A DNA stretch of 64,000 nt from Gnetum montanum (Eukaryota > Plantae > Gnetophyta). Positions 1 to 13,514 of this stretch are shown in pieces. The translations under genes were made by a program, and so were the position numbers. Position 1 is the first letter of the stretch, and each line of letters opens with the position of its first letter. Below the pieces are notes generated by a model. The model was not told the DNA's origin, did no database searches, and saw only the letters and a program-made list of their open reading frames with translations. Where the stretch lies: contig MNCI01000003.1 in NCBI GenBank assembly GCA_015680685.1, positions 166,144 to 230,143 on the forward strand, in the 5' to 3' direction.

Positions 1-238
1 ATTTTTTAATTTATTTCAATGATTTTACATTTAAATTTTTCATGACAAGTTAGAAAAAATTTTAAACCATCAAATTAACATGAAAATAAATATGGAAACA
101 CAATTTATAAACATATATATTCGAAAACTATATATATTTATTATGTATGGGTTGATTTTATTGTACATTTAAATGTGTTTTAAATAGATATCAAGGGTAT
201 GTCGTACCATTTTTAAGTATTTATTTACTTGATAATGA

Positions 239-865
239 TGTAAGAAAATAATTGTGTAGAAAACCAGATGGCACAAGTAATCAAAGTACAGAATGCAAAA
301 GAAAATGGCACAAGAAATTCACATGCATAAATAACTAGAAATGCACAATTCTTAAGCAAATGGAATTGATCTCTAACCATTGATGACTCAAATTAAATTT
401 GGTGTTTTGATTCTTCTTTCACATGAGCACTATGCAACGATGGTGTATGTAATCTTCAAGCATCTATGAAAGGGATTGGAACTACAATCCTGCTATGATT
501 TGTGGTGCCTTTTTACTCCCATCAAGAACAAATTTATAGGCCACAGAATCGGTTACCATAAGAGACTCAATGCCAATGCGTAAAAAATGCATTACTAGAT
601 ATGGAGACCACCTTGATGCGTTAACCAACTCATAAAAATGTGTTCGTGGGTATGGTGGCCACTTTCATGCATTAACTAACCCATAAAAACACGTTAGTGG
701 GCATGCCGGCCACTTTCATGCATTAACTAACCCATAAAATGTGTTAGTGGGCATGGTGGCCAGTTTCATGCATTAACTAATCCATAAAACACATTCGTGG
801 GCATGATGGCCACTTTTATGCATTAACTAATGCATAAAGTACATTAGTGGGTAACGCATGCTACA
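239..865 (-). repeat. 3' LTR of the copia element, with a ~52-bp tandem array (~610-850)
   Basis: Begins TGTAAGAAAATAATTG and ends ...ATGCTACA; matches 12494-13149. Repeat unit GGCCACTTTCATGCATTAACTAACCCATAAAAACACGTTAGTGGGCATGGT, about 5 copies. Confidence 0.9.
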
Positions 866-2393
866 ATTTCCCACTTGGTCTCCATATTTAATCAAGTTCA
901 AAGTTCAAGAAATAAATGCATAAATCATGGGGATGGTTCTTCTTAATGAGTATTATCATCCATGTATTACAATGCATCATCTTTCAAATGTAATTCCTTA
1001 TATGATAACTTAACTTTATGAATAAACCCAATGTTCATTCTAGGTCTTGCCATATGTGTATTTTCTCTAATAACTATATGCGCGAACCATACGAGAAAAT
1101 AGCACAACTAAATAACAGTTTCATTAGGATTGTAAGTTGTACATACAACAAATTACATTATGGAATCAAGTCCTATCTGAACTAAATGGTCCTTAAATGA
1201 CTTTGGTTTTATTCCTTTTGTCAATGGATTAGCTATCATTAATTTAGTGCTTGTATGTGCAATGACCACTTTGTTTTCCTTAATGCATTCCCTTATGGCT
1301 AAGTACTTGATGTCGATGTGTTTACTTCGATTGCCACTCTTATTATTCTCAGCCATAAAGATAGCAACTGAATTGTCACAAAACATTCTTAATGGCCTAG
1401 ATATAGAATCCAAAATTCTAAGCCCTGATATGAAATTCTTTAGCCATAAACCATGTGAAGTAGCCTCAAAACAAGAAATGAACTTTACCTCCATGGTGGA
1501 AGTTGCAACCAAAGTTTGCTTTCCAATCTTCCAAGATATAGCTCCACCAACTAGCATAAAAACATAACTAGATGTTGATTTCCATGAATCAACACATCTA
1601 ACAAAGTATGAGTCAGAATAGCCAGTCACTTCCAAGGAGTTAGTTCGTTTATACATAAGCATGTAGTATTTTGTACCTTAAAGGTACCTCATCACTTTCT
1701 TTGCAACACTCCAATGCTCAGTACTTGGATTACTCTGATATCTACCCAACATTCTCACAGCAAATGCAATGTCAGGTCTTGTGTAGACCTGAGCATACAA
1801 AAGGCTTCCAACAACTAAAGCATGCAGAATGTTGCTCATCTAACTTTTCTCTAAGTCATTTCTAGGGCACTGGTTCAAATTGAACCTATCACCCTTCATA
1901 ATGGGTGATATACTTAGTGAGCAATCTTTCATCCGAAACCTCTCCAAAACTTTATTCATATGGGTTTCCTGTGATAGTCCCAAAATACATCTAGATCTGT
2001 CTATATGAATCTATATGTCAATGACATAAGATGCCTCACCCATATCCTTCATGTCAAAATTCCTAGAGAGAAAATGTTTCACCTCGTATAGAAATCCACT
2101 ATTATTGGTTGCAAGAAGGATATCATCCACATATAGAACAAGGAAACAAATTGTGCTCCCACTGACCTTTTGGTATATACATTGATTCATGATGTTTTCT
2201 TCAAAACCAAATGAAGTGATTATATCATGGAATTTTAAGTACCATTGATGGGAGGCCTGTTTCAATCCATATGTGGATTTCTTGAGCTTGCATACCAATT
2301 GCTCATCATCACTAGAGAAAACTCCTTCAAGTTGTTTCATATAAACCTCTTCCTCTAGATCACCATTAAGGAATTTTGGTTTCACATCCATTT

Positions 2394-5300
2394 TGATGAG
2401 TCGTGAGGTACCCCTACACTCAACCATACGAATATGAGCGTTCACGCATGATCCAGTCGAACTCCATAGACGAACTAGTTGTGATATCTAAATAGTTACT
2501 CGTTGATCGCAATTCATTATCTTCTCACTTTGACTAGTATTTGCTTTGTCACGTATGGTTTAGTCTAGAGTGAAGTGNNNNNNNNNNNNNNNNNNNNNNN
2601 NNNNNNNNNNNNNNNNNNNNNNNNNNNNNNNNNNNNNNNNNNNNNNNNNTATGCTACTGGGATACCAAGTAGTCACACCTAAATGCTCGTGATTAAGTCG
2701 TACTTATTCTGCATTTAATAATAGGGGTAGGAGAGGAAGGTAAAGAGATATTAAGTAAGAAAGTAATAAATAATAGTTAAACTAAGTGAATGCTACAATG
2801 ATGAAGTAATCTCGATCTTTATTACTAGTCATGTGCATGTCCAAGTACATCACACTTGAATAAAGGTTCCATACAATTACAATCATCACACTATAGGCAT
2901 GCATTGGGGAAAGGGTTGAGAGGAATTGAAATTGACAAAAAGATCCTACTCTAACACTAATTTTTTTCCTATTACTTTCCCATGTGCCCCATTGTGTATT
3001 TATAGACCCACACGAGAACCACGATATGACATATCCGATATTGTAGTGAGACTATGATATCGTGTACCCAATATCGAGGGTCTGGTATCGAGGGTTCAAT
3101 ATCAGGACTCATCTGATAACAGGGGTCCGATATTAGCACCTAGTTAACAAGGGTCTAATATCAGCATGTGACAAACCACAATTCATCATACCCCCACAAC
3201 TAAATAACAACTCATCCTCGAGTCAAAGAAAGTGAGGAACAAGCTCAATTGATTACACAATGGATAGCTATGGGATTATTGACTAACTAGAAATTTACTC
3301 ATGCTGTAGTGGAAAATTGAATACAGCACAAGTGGGACACAGACACAAAAATTATAAAATTTATTGGAACTCATGTGGTTCTTGGTGGCGGTGCCTCCTC
3401 CATGGGTGCCTTTCTTTTCTCCTGCGCTTCAAGCTTCTAAGATTGATACTGTTGAAGAAACGCCTGACATTTCTTCTCTTCTATCTAAGGATTATGAGTC
3501 ATCCATGCTGATGCTCCAATGTTTGATGGAGTCGACACTTCCCATGGACACAGCAGCTACGGGAACACTTGATTAGACTTGACATGCCATGCCACAAATA
3601 GCCGTTGTTCCTCTTCATAGGCTCGAGCCTTGACCTCTCCACCTTTTGCTTGGCTAGATTGTGCGGTAACAGGAGTTCCCTAATGGATGCTAAATGATTG
3701 TACCTCCTACTCTACATGTTTTGCATGAGGTCCTTGGCCTCTGCCTCCCCTTGGGCGTTCAGTTGCACCTTGAGAAGTGCCTCCTTATTATCCTCTTTTA
3801 GGGGCTGTCTATAATCACACAAAGATCAATTGTTAGTAAGGTTATTGAAAGAAGTTCAATTATTTCATACCTTACTCATTGCCTTTAATAAATGTTAAAT
3901 TCTTTGCTTAGTATGATTTTAGAGTTAGAAATTTTTTTCAAGGAAGTTGCCCTAAAAGTTTAATGTTGGACCTGATTTGTTTATGTGACACATAAAAGGA
4001 CATGTAATGGTTTTGAGGAATGTTTGATAAAATGATGATAAAGAAAAGAATAGATTTGGCAATGAAGTACTCAGAGGATATAAAATAATGTGGTGGTGTG
4101 CAACAAGTACAAATTACAAAAGTCATGCAAGTGGATCCTCCCCAAAGCAAGTTCCAACCTATAATGCCCTTGTGTAACCACATCTTAAAATGTCCATAGG
4201 CACTAGAAGGGTTAAATGTGATCTACACCGATGCAACAAAACACACACATGTTGATACTACCGTGAAGAGGTATGCATTCAATGCTACACAAGACATGGG
4301 TCACAAATACATGAATAGTGAGATGAGGTGAATTGTAGAAGGGATTGCAAAGATTAGGATATGAGGTAACTGACTCTGAGCACAATGAATCTTGAGTGTA
4401 GGATGTGATTAATGTGTCATTAGCTCATCACTCCAAAATCAAGACCAAGTCCATTCCTTCGATCAATGACATTGCATTGTTTCATCTAATGATGAACAAC
4501 CATAAGAGCATCATAATAGCAAGGCGTATGATCACTTGTCATTTCATTCAAGGGAGGAGTGATTTGGAATCTCTTTGTGGCCCATTTATCTTGATCTTTT
4601 CGTTTCTTTTTGTCTAGCCGCTTTGGCAAACACTCTCTTCTTTTCTTTTCTTTTCTTTTTTTTATGCGTAATCTAGAGAAGCTGCCTGCCTTTAGGCATT
4701 AGTGCATGTCTTTCCAGTGGGACCCCCTAAAATAGCATTGGGTTTCTTTATTGAGTGCCTTTATTACTCTTACTTCCATTTTTCATTAGATCTATAAGGA
4801 TCTTAGTACAACCAGGATACATGATAACTCCAACAGATGTCACCAAAGAAAATCCACAAATCCCCTTGATGTCACACCCTGATCATTCCCTCTTAGTCCA
4901 TCATTTTTCACTCTGGGCATATGAGCGCAAAATTACTTTAAGTTTTAATGATGCCAAGAAAATCATTGGACCCAAAGTAGAACCTCTTATTAATAGAATG
5001 TGTGGGTGGATGTGATGGGCTCGCTGTCTAAGTAATTAGTCACCTGAGACTTGATAACATAGAACAACACCTCAACCAATGAGTCACATGAGTGTTTTAT
5101 TCGTAGATGAGATTACCCATAAAATATAAAAAGATAAAACAATAAATAAAAATATGAACCAATTAATAAAAAGATAAAATAAAAAATTGATAAATGAAAA
5201 ACAGGAAAATAAAAAATTGTAAAATTGAAGAAATAAAAAATATTTAGTAATTCTACTTGTTAGAATGGAGGATATCCCCCATGACTAAACCCTTGAGTAT

Positions 5301-8300
5301 GGCTACAATTAATAATTGAAAAATTTGGATCCAAGCATTTTGGAAACATTGGATTCTGGTCATATCCAAACCACTAGGTGTCTTTTGATGTGGTGGTTGG
5401 AATGTACCCAAATTGGGGTGCACACACTGTATTAAAGTTCACATAGTGGGGAAAGTTAGAAGATGTGGTTAATTGATACGGAGTTGACCCACTATGGCAC
5501 CCTTGACTGTAAGATGGTATGCAAGGATCGATATGTCTCCCTACGTGGCTATATTCATTGGGTTGCACGGTTGTTGGAGTGTTGATTGGTGGCCCTAATA
5601 AGATAACACAAGGTGTTGTATTTGCGGAGGAAGATGCTGAGTTGGAGGATGCAATGGTCTCAAAACTATGTTATCCCTTTCTATGGTCATGTCTAAAGAA
5701 GGGACACCTTCGATGTTGTGGAGGATTTCCACTACGGTTGACAGTAGCAACACAAGTAATGTTCATGGGTCAATGCTATGGTGAAAATCCTTCAAGAACA
5801 ATTGGTGGTGATGTACAAGGAGGTGAAGGATGAGAATATTGAGGATAAGAAGAAGTATAAGGAACATGAGGTGGTGATCTTGTGGAAGAGGACATGAGCT
5901 AGTAGTACTTAAGAGAATAATAACAATGTGGTGAGATAGAAGATGTTGACCTAGTTGGGGAAACAGGATGTTGAACCTGGTAACTGCTTGGGTTCGGATG
6001 ATATGAAGGGTATGACCAGTTTGGGGGTGGCCTCCCCCACGACTAGGATTTTTGCCATTGTGATTGAACATAGTATTTTTGTATGAAGTCTGGATGTAAC
6101 ATTCTTCCCCAATGCTTATGTAAATGTGACAAGACTAGGCATTGACCTTTGGGATGATCGTATAGGCAAACATTACATTGATATTTATGATTAGCAATTA
6201 AGTTCTTATTCTCTTCAACCCTTCTTTGTAATTTTCTAAGGGTGTTCTGTCCTGCTTCTTGGTTCATCATGGTTCTACCTCTAATAGTGTTAGCATATTC
6301 TCCACATTTTTCATGTATCCATTCCATCATCTTATTAACCTTTGCCTCAATTTTGTCTAGTGATTGTAGTACTGGCAAAGGTGGTTCCACCTCCTTAAGA
6401 TGAGTTGATTTCTCCTCTTCACGATTATGGACCTTTGCTAATCCAAGATTTTGGTCTTGTTGAGAGCTTTCAACATTCTCCCATTTAGCCATTTCTCCTT
6501 CTTCTTTTGCTACTTACTTAATAAGCTCTTGGAATTGATGGGTTCATAGCTCATATAGTTGACTTGGGGCATACATCACTAGGGTCTCCCTTGTTTCATT
6601 ACCAAGCCCATCCATGATGTGCTACATTAGCCTTTTCTTGGAGAATCCATGGCCTGGGTAATTGTTTAACAATATATAATATCTTTCTAAGGTCATGTCC
6701 AAGGGTTCATGTTGCACTTGTTTCCACTCTTGGATTTGTTTCCTCAAGGTTAACATGCTTGCATAGGTTTGATATCTTTCATTGAAGAGTTCTACCATTA
6801 TTGACTAACATCGAATTGCTTTTGGTCTTAAGGACATATACCATACTTTTGCTTGGCCAACGAGTGTTGTAGGAAAGAGCTTAAGTTTTTTCCACCCATT
6901 ATCAATATTATTCCATACAAATACATCATGGAAGGCTTGTAAATGATGTTGTAGATCTAAATCATAGCCTCCTGAAAATTTGGAAAAGTTGTTTAAATCA
7001 AGCTTAGGTAGATAGCTTTCTTTGCAATGCCTACAGGATATTTAAATAGCCTCTTGTATATGCATTAGGCTCTTAGTTACTAGCAGGGGTTCATTGTCAC
7101 TAGGTAGGTTATGAATTTATGAGTTGGAATGATGTTATCCTTGTTCATGTTGGAGTTCTCAATATTTCCTATGAGCTTGATTTTTAGTTCTACGTCGATT
7201 CCTTGAAAGATGGTCATCCATGTCACGACCTGACGTTAAAGGAGTAGAGGAAGAGAAAGAACTGGAAAACTTTCCATGAATTTTGTAAGTCTTCCAATCA
7301 TCCCTAGATAAATTCTTGTTAGCTATTGAGAAGGTCCCAGGCCTTACGGGCCCACTCATTCTACGGGATGTCCCATCCTCACTAGAGGTGTCAGAGTTGG
7401 ATGACAAGATTCCTTGAGTACCATTGGGGTGTTCATGAACATAGGGGATCCTTGCATAAGGTTGAGTACTCCAAACTTCATTTTCATCATCATATAATTC
7501 GTTGGTTCTCCAATGAATTGTCTAACTAGTTGTGCCATTAGCATGGTCTTTTGATGGAGACATTATCATGAATTGTGTGTAACTTACTTGAAATTAATCT
7601 CTTTTCTAAAAGATATAATGTTAATGCTTCGTTACAGCGATCTTAGATGATGTAACTAATCTAAATAACTAGCACTGTCCTTAGCAATTGTGCCAATGAT
7701 GAGTGGCAAGGTACCCCTACACTCAACCATATGAATACGAGCGTTCACGCACAATCCGATCAAACTCCACAGATGGACTAGTTGTGATATGTAGATAGTT
7801 ACTCGTTGATCACAGTTCAATGTCTCCCCACTTGGACTAGTATTTGCTTTGTCACGTATGGTTTAGTCCAGAGTGAGGTGTATGATGTGCTCCTAGACTA
7901 GTGCTACTCCTAGAGACAATGGAAAGTAACTTTAATTAAGCTAAGAGGGAAAGGGTGAAGAGAGTCTAAGCTAGCCTAAGTGCGATGAGCATCCATCCCT
8001 TAATCATTCGTACACATCTTGGATCTCATGTACTACCACTAGGATTACCAAGCGCATGTCCTAGGTACGCTACTGGGATACCAAGTAGTCACACTTAAAT
8101 GCTCATGATTAAGTCATACTCATTCCATGTTTAATAACAGGGGTAGGAGAAGAAGGTAAAGAGATATTAAGTAAGAAAGCAATAAATAACAATTAAACTA
8201 AGTAAATGCTGCAATGATGAAGTAATCTCGATCTTTATTGTTGGTCATGTGCATGTCCAAGTACGTCACACTCGAATAAATGTTTCGTACAATTACAATC

Positions 8301-8645
8301 ATCACACTGTGGGCATCCATTGGGGAAAGGGTTGAGAGGAATTGAAACTGACAAAACGATCCTACTCTAACACTAATTTTTCTCCTATTACTTTCCTATG
8401 CACCCCATTGTGTATTTATAGGCCCACACGGGAACCATGATATTGTGTATCCGATATCATAGTGAGGCTGTGATATCGCGTACCCGATATTGAGGGTCCA
8501 ATATCGGGACTCATCAGATATCGGGGGTCCGATAATAGGAGTCTGATAATAGGGGTCGATATCAACACCTAGTTAACAAGGGTCCGATATCAGCACCTAG
8601 TTAACAAGGGTTTGATATCAGCACCTGACAAACCATGATTCATCA
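2394..8645 (-). mobile_element. Non-autonomous (gag-only) Athila-like Ty3/gypsy LTR element nested in the copia RT
   Basis: LTRs 2394-3188 (N gap 2578-2649) and 7697-8645 with TGATGAG...TCATCA ends. Perfect 5-bp TSD CATTT (2389-2393/8646-8650); removing the element restores copia ELHQMDVK. PBS TGGCACAATTGCTAAGGA (7695-7678) resembles the tRNA-Asp PBS TGGCGCCGTTGCCGGGGA. Degenerate gag (LVGQAKVWY) ~7050-6500; no RT or INT motifs found. Confidence 0.9.
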
Positions 8646-11600
8646 CATTTGATGTAATTCAAAATCAAAATGGGCAACCAATGCCATGATAACACAAAGG
8701 GAGTCCTTCTTAGATACAGGAGAAAAGGTCTCCTTGTAATCTGTTCCCTCTTTCTGAGTGAACCCTTTAGCAACAAGTTTGGCCTTATATCTTTCAATGT
8801 TGCCCAACGAGTCTTTCTTAGTCTTGAAGACCCATTTGCATCTAATGGCTTTTACACCATTAGGCAACTTGACAAGATCACAGACTCCATTAGACGACAT
8901 AGAGTTCATTTCATCTTTCATGGCATCATACCACAAGTTAGATTCCTTACAACTCATGGCTTGTGAAAACGTTTTGGAATCATTTTCAACTCCTATGTTG
9001 TAGTCAAACTCCTGTAGATACATCGTATATTCACTAGGAATCGTTGATCTCTTTACTCTAGTAGATCTTCTTAATGTTGGTTTACCATTCTCTTGAGGAT
9101 CATGATGTTCAATAGACTGTTCAACAGGTTCTAGTATCTATTGTTCAGCTGGATCTACTACTTCTTGATCAATAGTTTGTGGAACTTCAATGATTGGTTG
9201 TTGTTCAGTGTGCATTTGTGCTCTAGGCGTATTGTGCACAACAATTAGTCTATCATTTGAAATAGTGGGTTGAGCATCTGTATGATCTATCTCAAGAACA
9301 ATGTTCCAAGATTTACTCCTCCCACTAATCAAGTCATTCTCAAGAAATTTAGCATTCCTTGATTCCACAAACCTAGTAGTATGTGATGGGAAATAAAATC
9401 TATATCCCTTAGACCATTCAACATATCCAAAAAAATATCCACTTTAGGGTCCTTGGGTCTAGCTTCTTGTGGATTATAAACTCTTACTTCAGATGGGCAT
9501 CACCAAACACGTATATGTCTCAAACTCGATTTCCAACCTTTCCATAATTCAAATGGTGTCTTTAAGACAGCCTTAGTTGGAACTCAGTTTAATATATACA
9601 CTATCGTCTTGAGAGCATTAGTCCACAAGGACTTAGAAAGCTTGTAGCCACTAAGCATACTCTACACCATGTCCAATAATGTTCAGTTTCTTCTTTCTGC
9701 CACACCATTCTGGTTTGGAGAACCAAGCATAGTGTACTTGGCAACAATCCCATGCTCTTGAAGAAACTTAGCAAATGGGCCAGGTGCTTGTCCATCATCA
9801 GTATATCTACCATAGTATTCACCACCTCTATTAGATCTTACTATCTTTATTTGCTTACCGCATTGCTTCTCTACTTCAGCCTTAAACACCTTAAAGGCAT
9901 CTAAAGCTTCACTCTTGTTATGAAGCATGTAAAGATACATATATCATGAGTAATCATCAATAAAGGTAATGAAATACTTTTGACCATACACATCCATATC
10001 TAGACTACCAATATCTATATGTATGATCTCTAATATGTTTGAACTCCTCTTCGCACCTTTCTTTGACATATTAGTTTGCTTTCCCTTTATGCAGTCCACA
10101 CAAGTGTCAAAGTTAGTAAAATCCAAAGTACTAAGTACTCCATCATTTACTAATCTCTTTATTCTTTCAATAGAGATATGTCCTAATCTACAATGCCACA
10201 ACATAGAGGATTCGTCATTCATAACACATCTCTTAATGCCAGCATGAACATGCATAAAAGTATAAGAAGTTTGATTTTGTAAATTAATTTTGAAAAGACC
10301 ATCTATCAATGTAACATTTCCAATAAGTTCATATCTATAATATAAACTGAATATAGTGTTTGAAAAATTAAAGGAAAATCCCAATGATACAAGCCTTGAA
10401 ACAAAAATTAAATTCCTTAAAAAACTTGGAATATAAAATGTCTTTTCTAATTCTAAAACAAAACCATTGCTTAAAACTACAATGCATGTTCCAATTGCCT
10501 CCACATGTGAGCGCATCTTGTTGCCTAAATAGATGCATGACTTACTTCCCACTGGCTTCCTTAGGTTTTTCACCCCCTATAAGGAATTGGTAACATGGAT
10601 TGTAGAACCAGAATCAATCCACCATGTGTCATGGCCAACATCAACCATATTAAATTCAAAAAAAACAAGTGAGAGTTGAGTACCTTTCTTTTCAAGTCAT
10701 TTTTGATATTTAGAACAATCCTTCTTTATGTGCCCTTTCTTTTTGCAGAAAAAAACATCTAGATTCTTTCTTAACAGCTTGTGCAAGCAATTTGACCTTC
10801 CTTTGGCTTGTCCTTTATTCTTTCCTTGTGGAGCCAGATGCACACTCTCTTTTGCTTCCATAGCAAGTCTTCAGTCTTTTTGCACACACATGGTCATTAG
10901 TTCATTGATTGACCATTTATTCTTATGTGTGTTATAAGAAACCTTAAAGGGTCCGTACTATGATGGGAGTGTGTTTAAGATGTAGTGCATAAGGAAAGAT
11001 TCTGACATCTCAACCTCAAGTGTTTTGAGTTGAGCCGTTATATCCCTCATTTGCATGATGTGCTCATGCACACCATGAATTTCAATGAGTTTCATAGATG
11101 AGAACATTATCAAGGTGCTAACCAACGCCTTGTCTAATGACTCAAATTGTTCATTAATGACCTTTAACAAAGCACGCACATTGTCATACTATTTTAGTGA
11201 ACCACGCATACCAATCAAGATCTTGTTTTTTATAAACATGACACAGAGGCAATTAGATCACTCCTATTTTTCATAATTACCAATATCATCTGGATGGCTA
11301 ATTACTGTAACAGCAGGTGGTTTATCTTTATAGATAGCATAATCAATGTCCATCTAGCCTAAATGAAAAATAATTCTCTCCTTACACACCTTATAATTAT
11401 CACCCTTTAATTTGGGAATGTCACATTTAAAATTAGAGTAGCTTACAGGTTGTATAACTGCATAATCAAACATGCTTATGTCACTAAATTTGAGGTTAAA
11501 ATACCATAAGACATGTTTACCAATGTAAATCATGAAAAATATGAATCAAATGGCATAAGATTGCCTATGGGCTAAATTTTAATTCAAACAGATTCATATA

Positions 11601-12493
11601 TCCTTACGATGAAACTATAAAATTATATTTTTTTCTTAATCCTTGTGGGTAAATTAAGAAAAATATCGTAGGATAAAATTTATCATATTACATATGATTA
11701 ATGACAATTTTTTAATGTTGTGTACCATATGTGATCCAAAAGCTCTTAGTACAGAATTTTGCATGATTAAAGATGCTATGGCTACTCTCTAATTATATAA
11801 AATTATATAGATCACTTGTTATAATTCATATGCAGAAAATGATGTATACATATACAAAAATATTCATAAAATTGATAAATTACCAAATTCAACATGGTAT
11901 AAACATAATTTATTCAATTATTCCAACCCAAAGTGCTTAGGTGGAGACCAAAGCGCCAAAAGAAAACCCTATAGAATGATGCTAATTCATTGGCCGACAT
12001 GAAGAAACACTAGAAATCATAATAACAATGATGAGTGTTGAATATGCAAGCCACAATGGAAAAAGCATATACATAATTCACAAAATCCAGCTATGTGCAC
12101 AGGGAATAAACATCTATTAGCCTTAAGACCGCTCAAGTTAAACCAAATCGTGCTCAACCTTTGAAAACATTTACATAACGATAGGCTATTACAGGCCAAG
12201 GATGCAGATAGCAGTCTATCGCATGAAGAAAATTGCATATAGCACAACCAAACCAACTCTCCAAAACAACAAAAGAAAATATCCTCATTGCCATAGCAAT
12301 AATAGTTTCTGTTTTCTAGTTCTATGGTACACAAGAATGCAATAAAATGTGTGAGTGAAATCTTTTTCACCAGTTAGAAACCATTACTCAAACTATAAAG
12401 TGTAAAAAAAAAAATTAAAAAAAAACACTATTTCCAAATTGCATCATCGTCAAAAACCCCATCAAGATAGAGATCTAACGCTCCAATACCAAA

Positions 12494-13149
12494 TGTTAGA
12501 AAATAATTGTGTAGAAAACCAAATGGCACAAGTAATCAAAGTACAAAATGCAGAAGCAAATGGCACAAGAAATTCACATGCATAAATAACTAGAAATGCA
12601 CAATTCTTGACCAAATGGAATTAACTTCCAACCATTAATGCCTCAAATTAAATTTGGCATTCTGATTCTTCTTCCACATGGATGCTCTACAATGATGGTG
12701 TATACAATCTTCAAGCGTCTATGAAAAGGACCAAAACTACAATCTTGTTGTGATTCGTAATGCTTCTATTCTTTCATCAAGAATGAATTTATAGGTCACG
12801 AAATCAGTTACCATAAGAGACCAATGCCAACGCGTAAAAAACATAGATACAGAAACAACCTTGATGCGTTAACCAACTCATAAAAACGCGTTAGTGGGTA
12901 TGGTGGCCACTTTTATGCATTAACTAACCTATAAAAATGCATTAGTGTGCATGGTGACCACTTTCATGTATTAACTAACTCATAAAACACATTAGTGTGC
13001 ATGGTGGTCACTTTCATGCATTAACTAACCCATAAAATACTATAAAACATGTTAATGAGTATAGTAGCCACTTTTATACATTAACTAACCCATAAAAAAA
13101 CGCATTAGTGTACATGGCATTAGTGTACATGGTGGCCACTTTCATGCAT
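12494..13149 (-). repeat. 5' LTR of the copia element, truncated at its outer end
   Basis: Begins TGTTAGAAAATAATTG beside the PBS and carries the same ~52-bp array. Similarity stops at ~13149 without the terminal ...GCTACA. Confidence 0.85.
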
Positions 13150-13353
13150 ATTTGAAGTGCGAACCTGATTGCCTATTAAGCCCTTCAACCTCAGCGTGGA
13201 GATATTCTATTAATCTTTGTTGATGGAGGTGGCTGTCTGCATATAGTTATCAAAGATTTTGTAGGTTAAAGTCATTCCAATCATTTGCTTGGACGTTTGA
13301 CGTTTGACCTATTTTTGCACAATCATTTAAACTTTCTGATAACCTCTGTTTGG

Positions 13354-13514
13354 TTTTGAATGTTCACCGGTTTTTGCAATCGTTTTCAGCGTTATCCTGG
13401 TTTGTTATAAAAGAAGGATAATCATTTAGCGGCTTTTGAATGTTCACCGGTTTTTGCAATCGTTTTCAGCGTTATCCTGGTTTGTTATAAAAGAAGGATA
13501 ATCATTTAGCGGCT
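13354..13514. repeat. Perfect 80-bp tandem duplication
   Basis: TTTTGAATGTTCACCGG...ATCATTTAGCGGC at 13354 and 13434. Confidence 0.9.

Larger units (their letters stand above)
239..13149 (-). mobile_element. Decayed Ty1/copia LTR retrotransposon (gag-PR-INT-RT-RNaseH), interrupted by a nested element at 2394-8645
   Basis: Copia domain order on the - strand: gag ~11460-10700, PR WWIDSGSTIHVT ~10620, GAG-pre/INT (LWHCRLGHIS, YFITFIDDYS, QNGVAERRN) 10573-9600, RT (CKWVFKTK, LHQ|MDVK, LYVDDILL) 9023-8646 and 2393-2011, RNase H (SKHIDIKY) 1662-1153. PBS TGGTATTGGAGC (Met-i like) at 12491-12480; PPT AAGTGGGAAAT next to 865. Many stops and frameshifts. Confidence 0.95.

Noticed and set aside
610-850. 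Regularly spaced repeats resembling a CRISPR array (also 12860-13149 and 45317-45463)
   Set aside because: Head-to-tail units without unique spacers, inside plant LTRs; no cas genes.
2578-2649. Apparent length difference between the two LTRs of the nested element
   Set aside because: Largely coincides with an assembly N gap.
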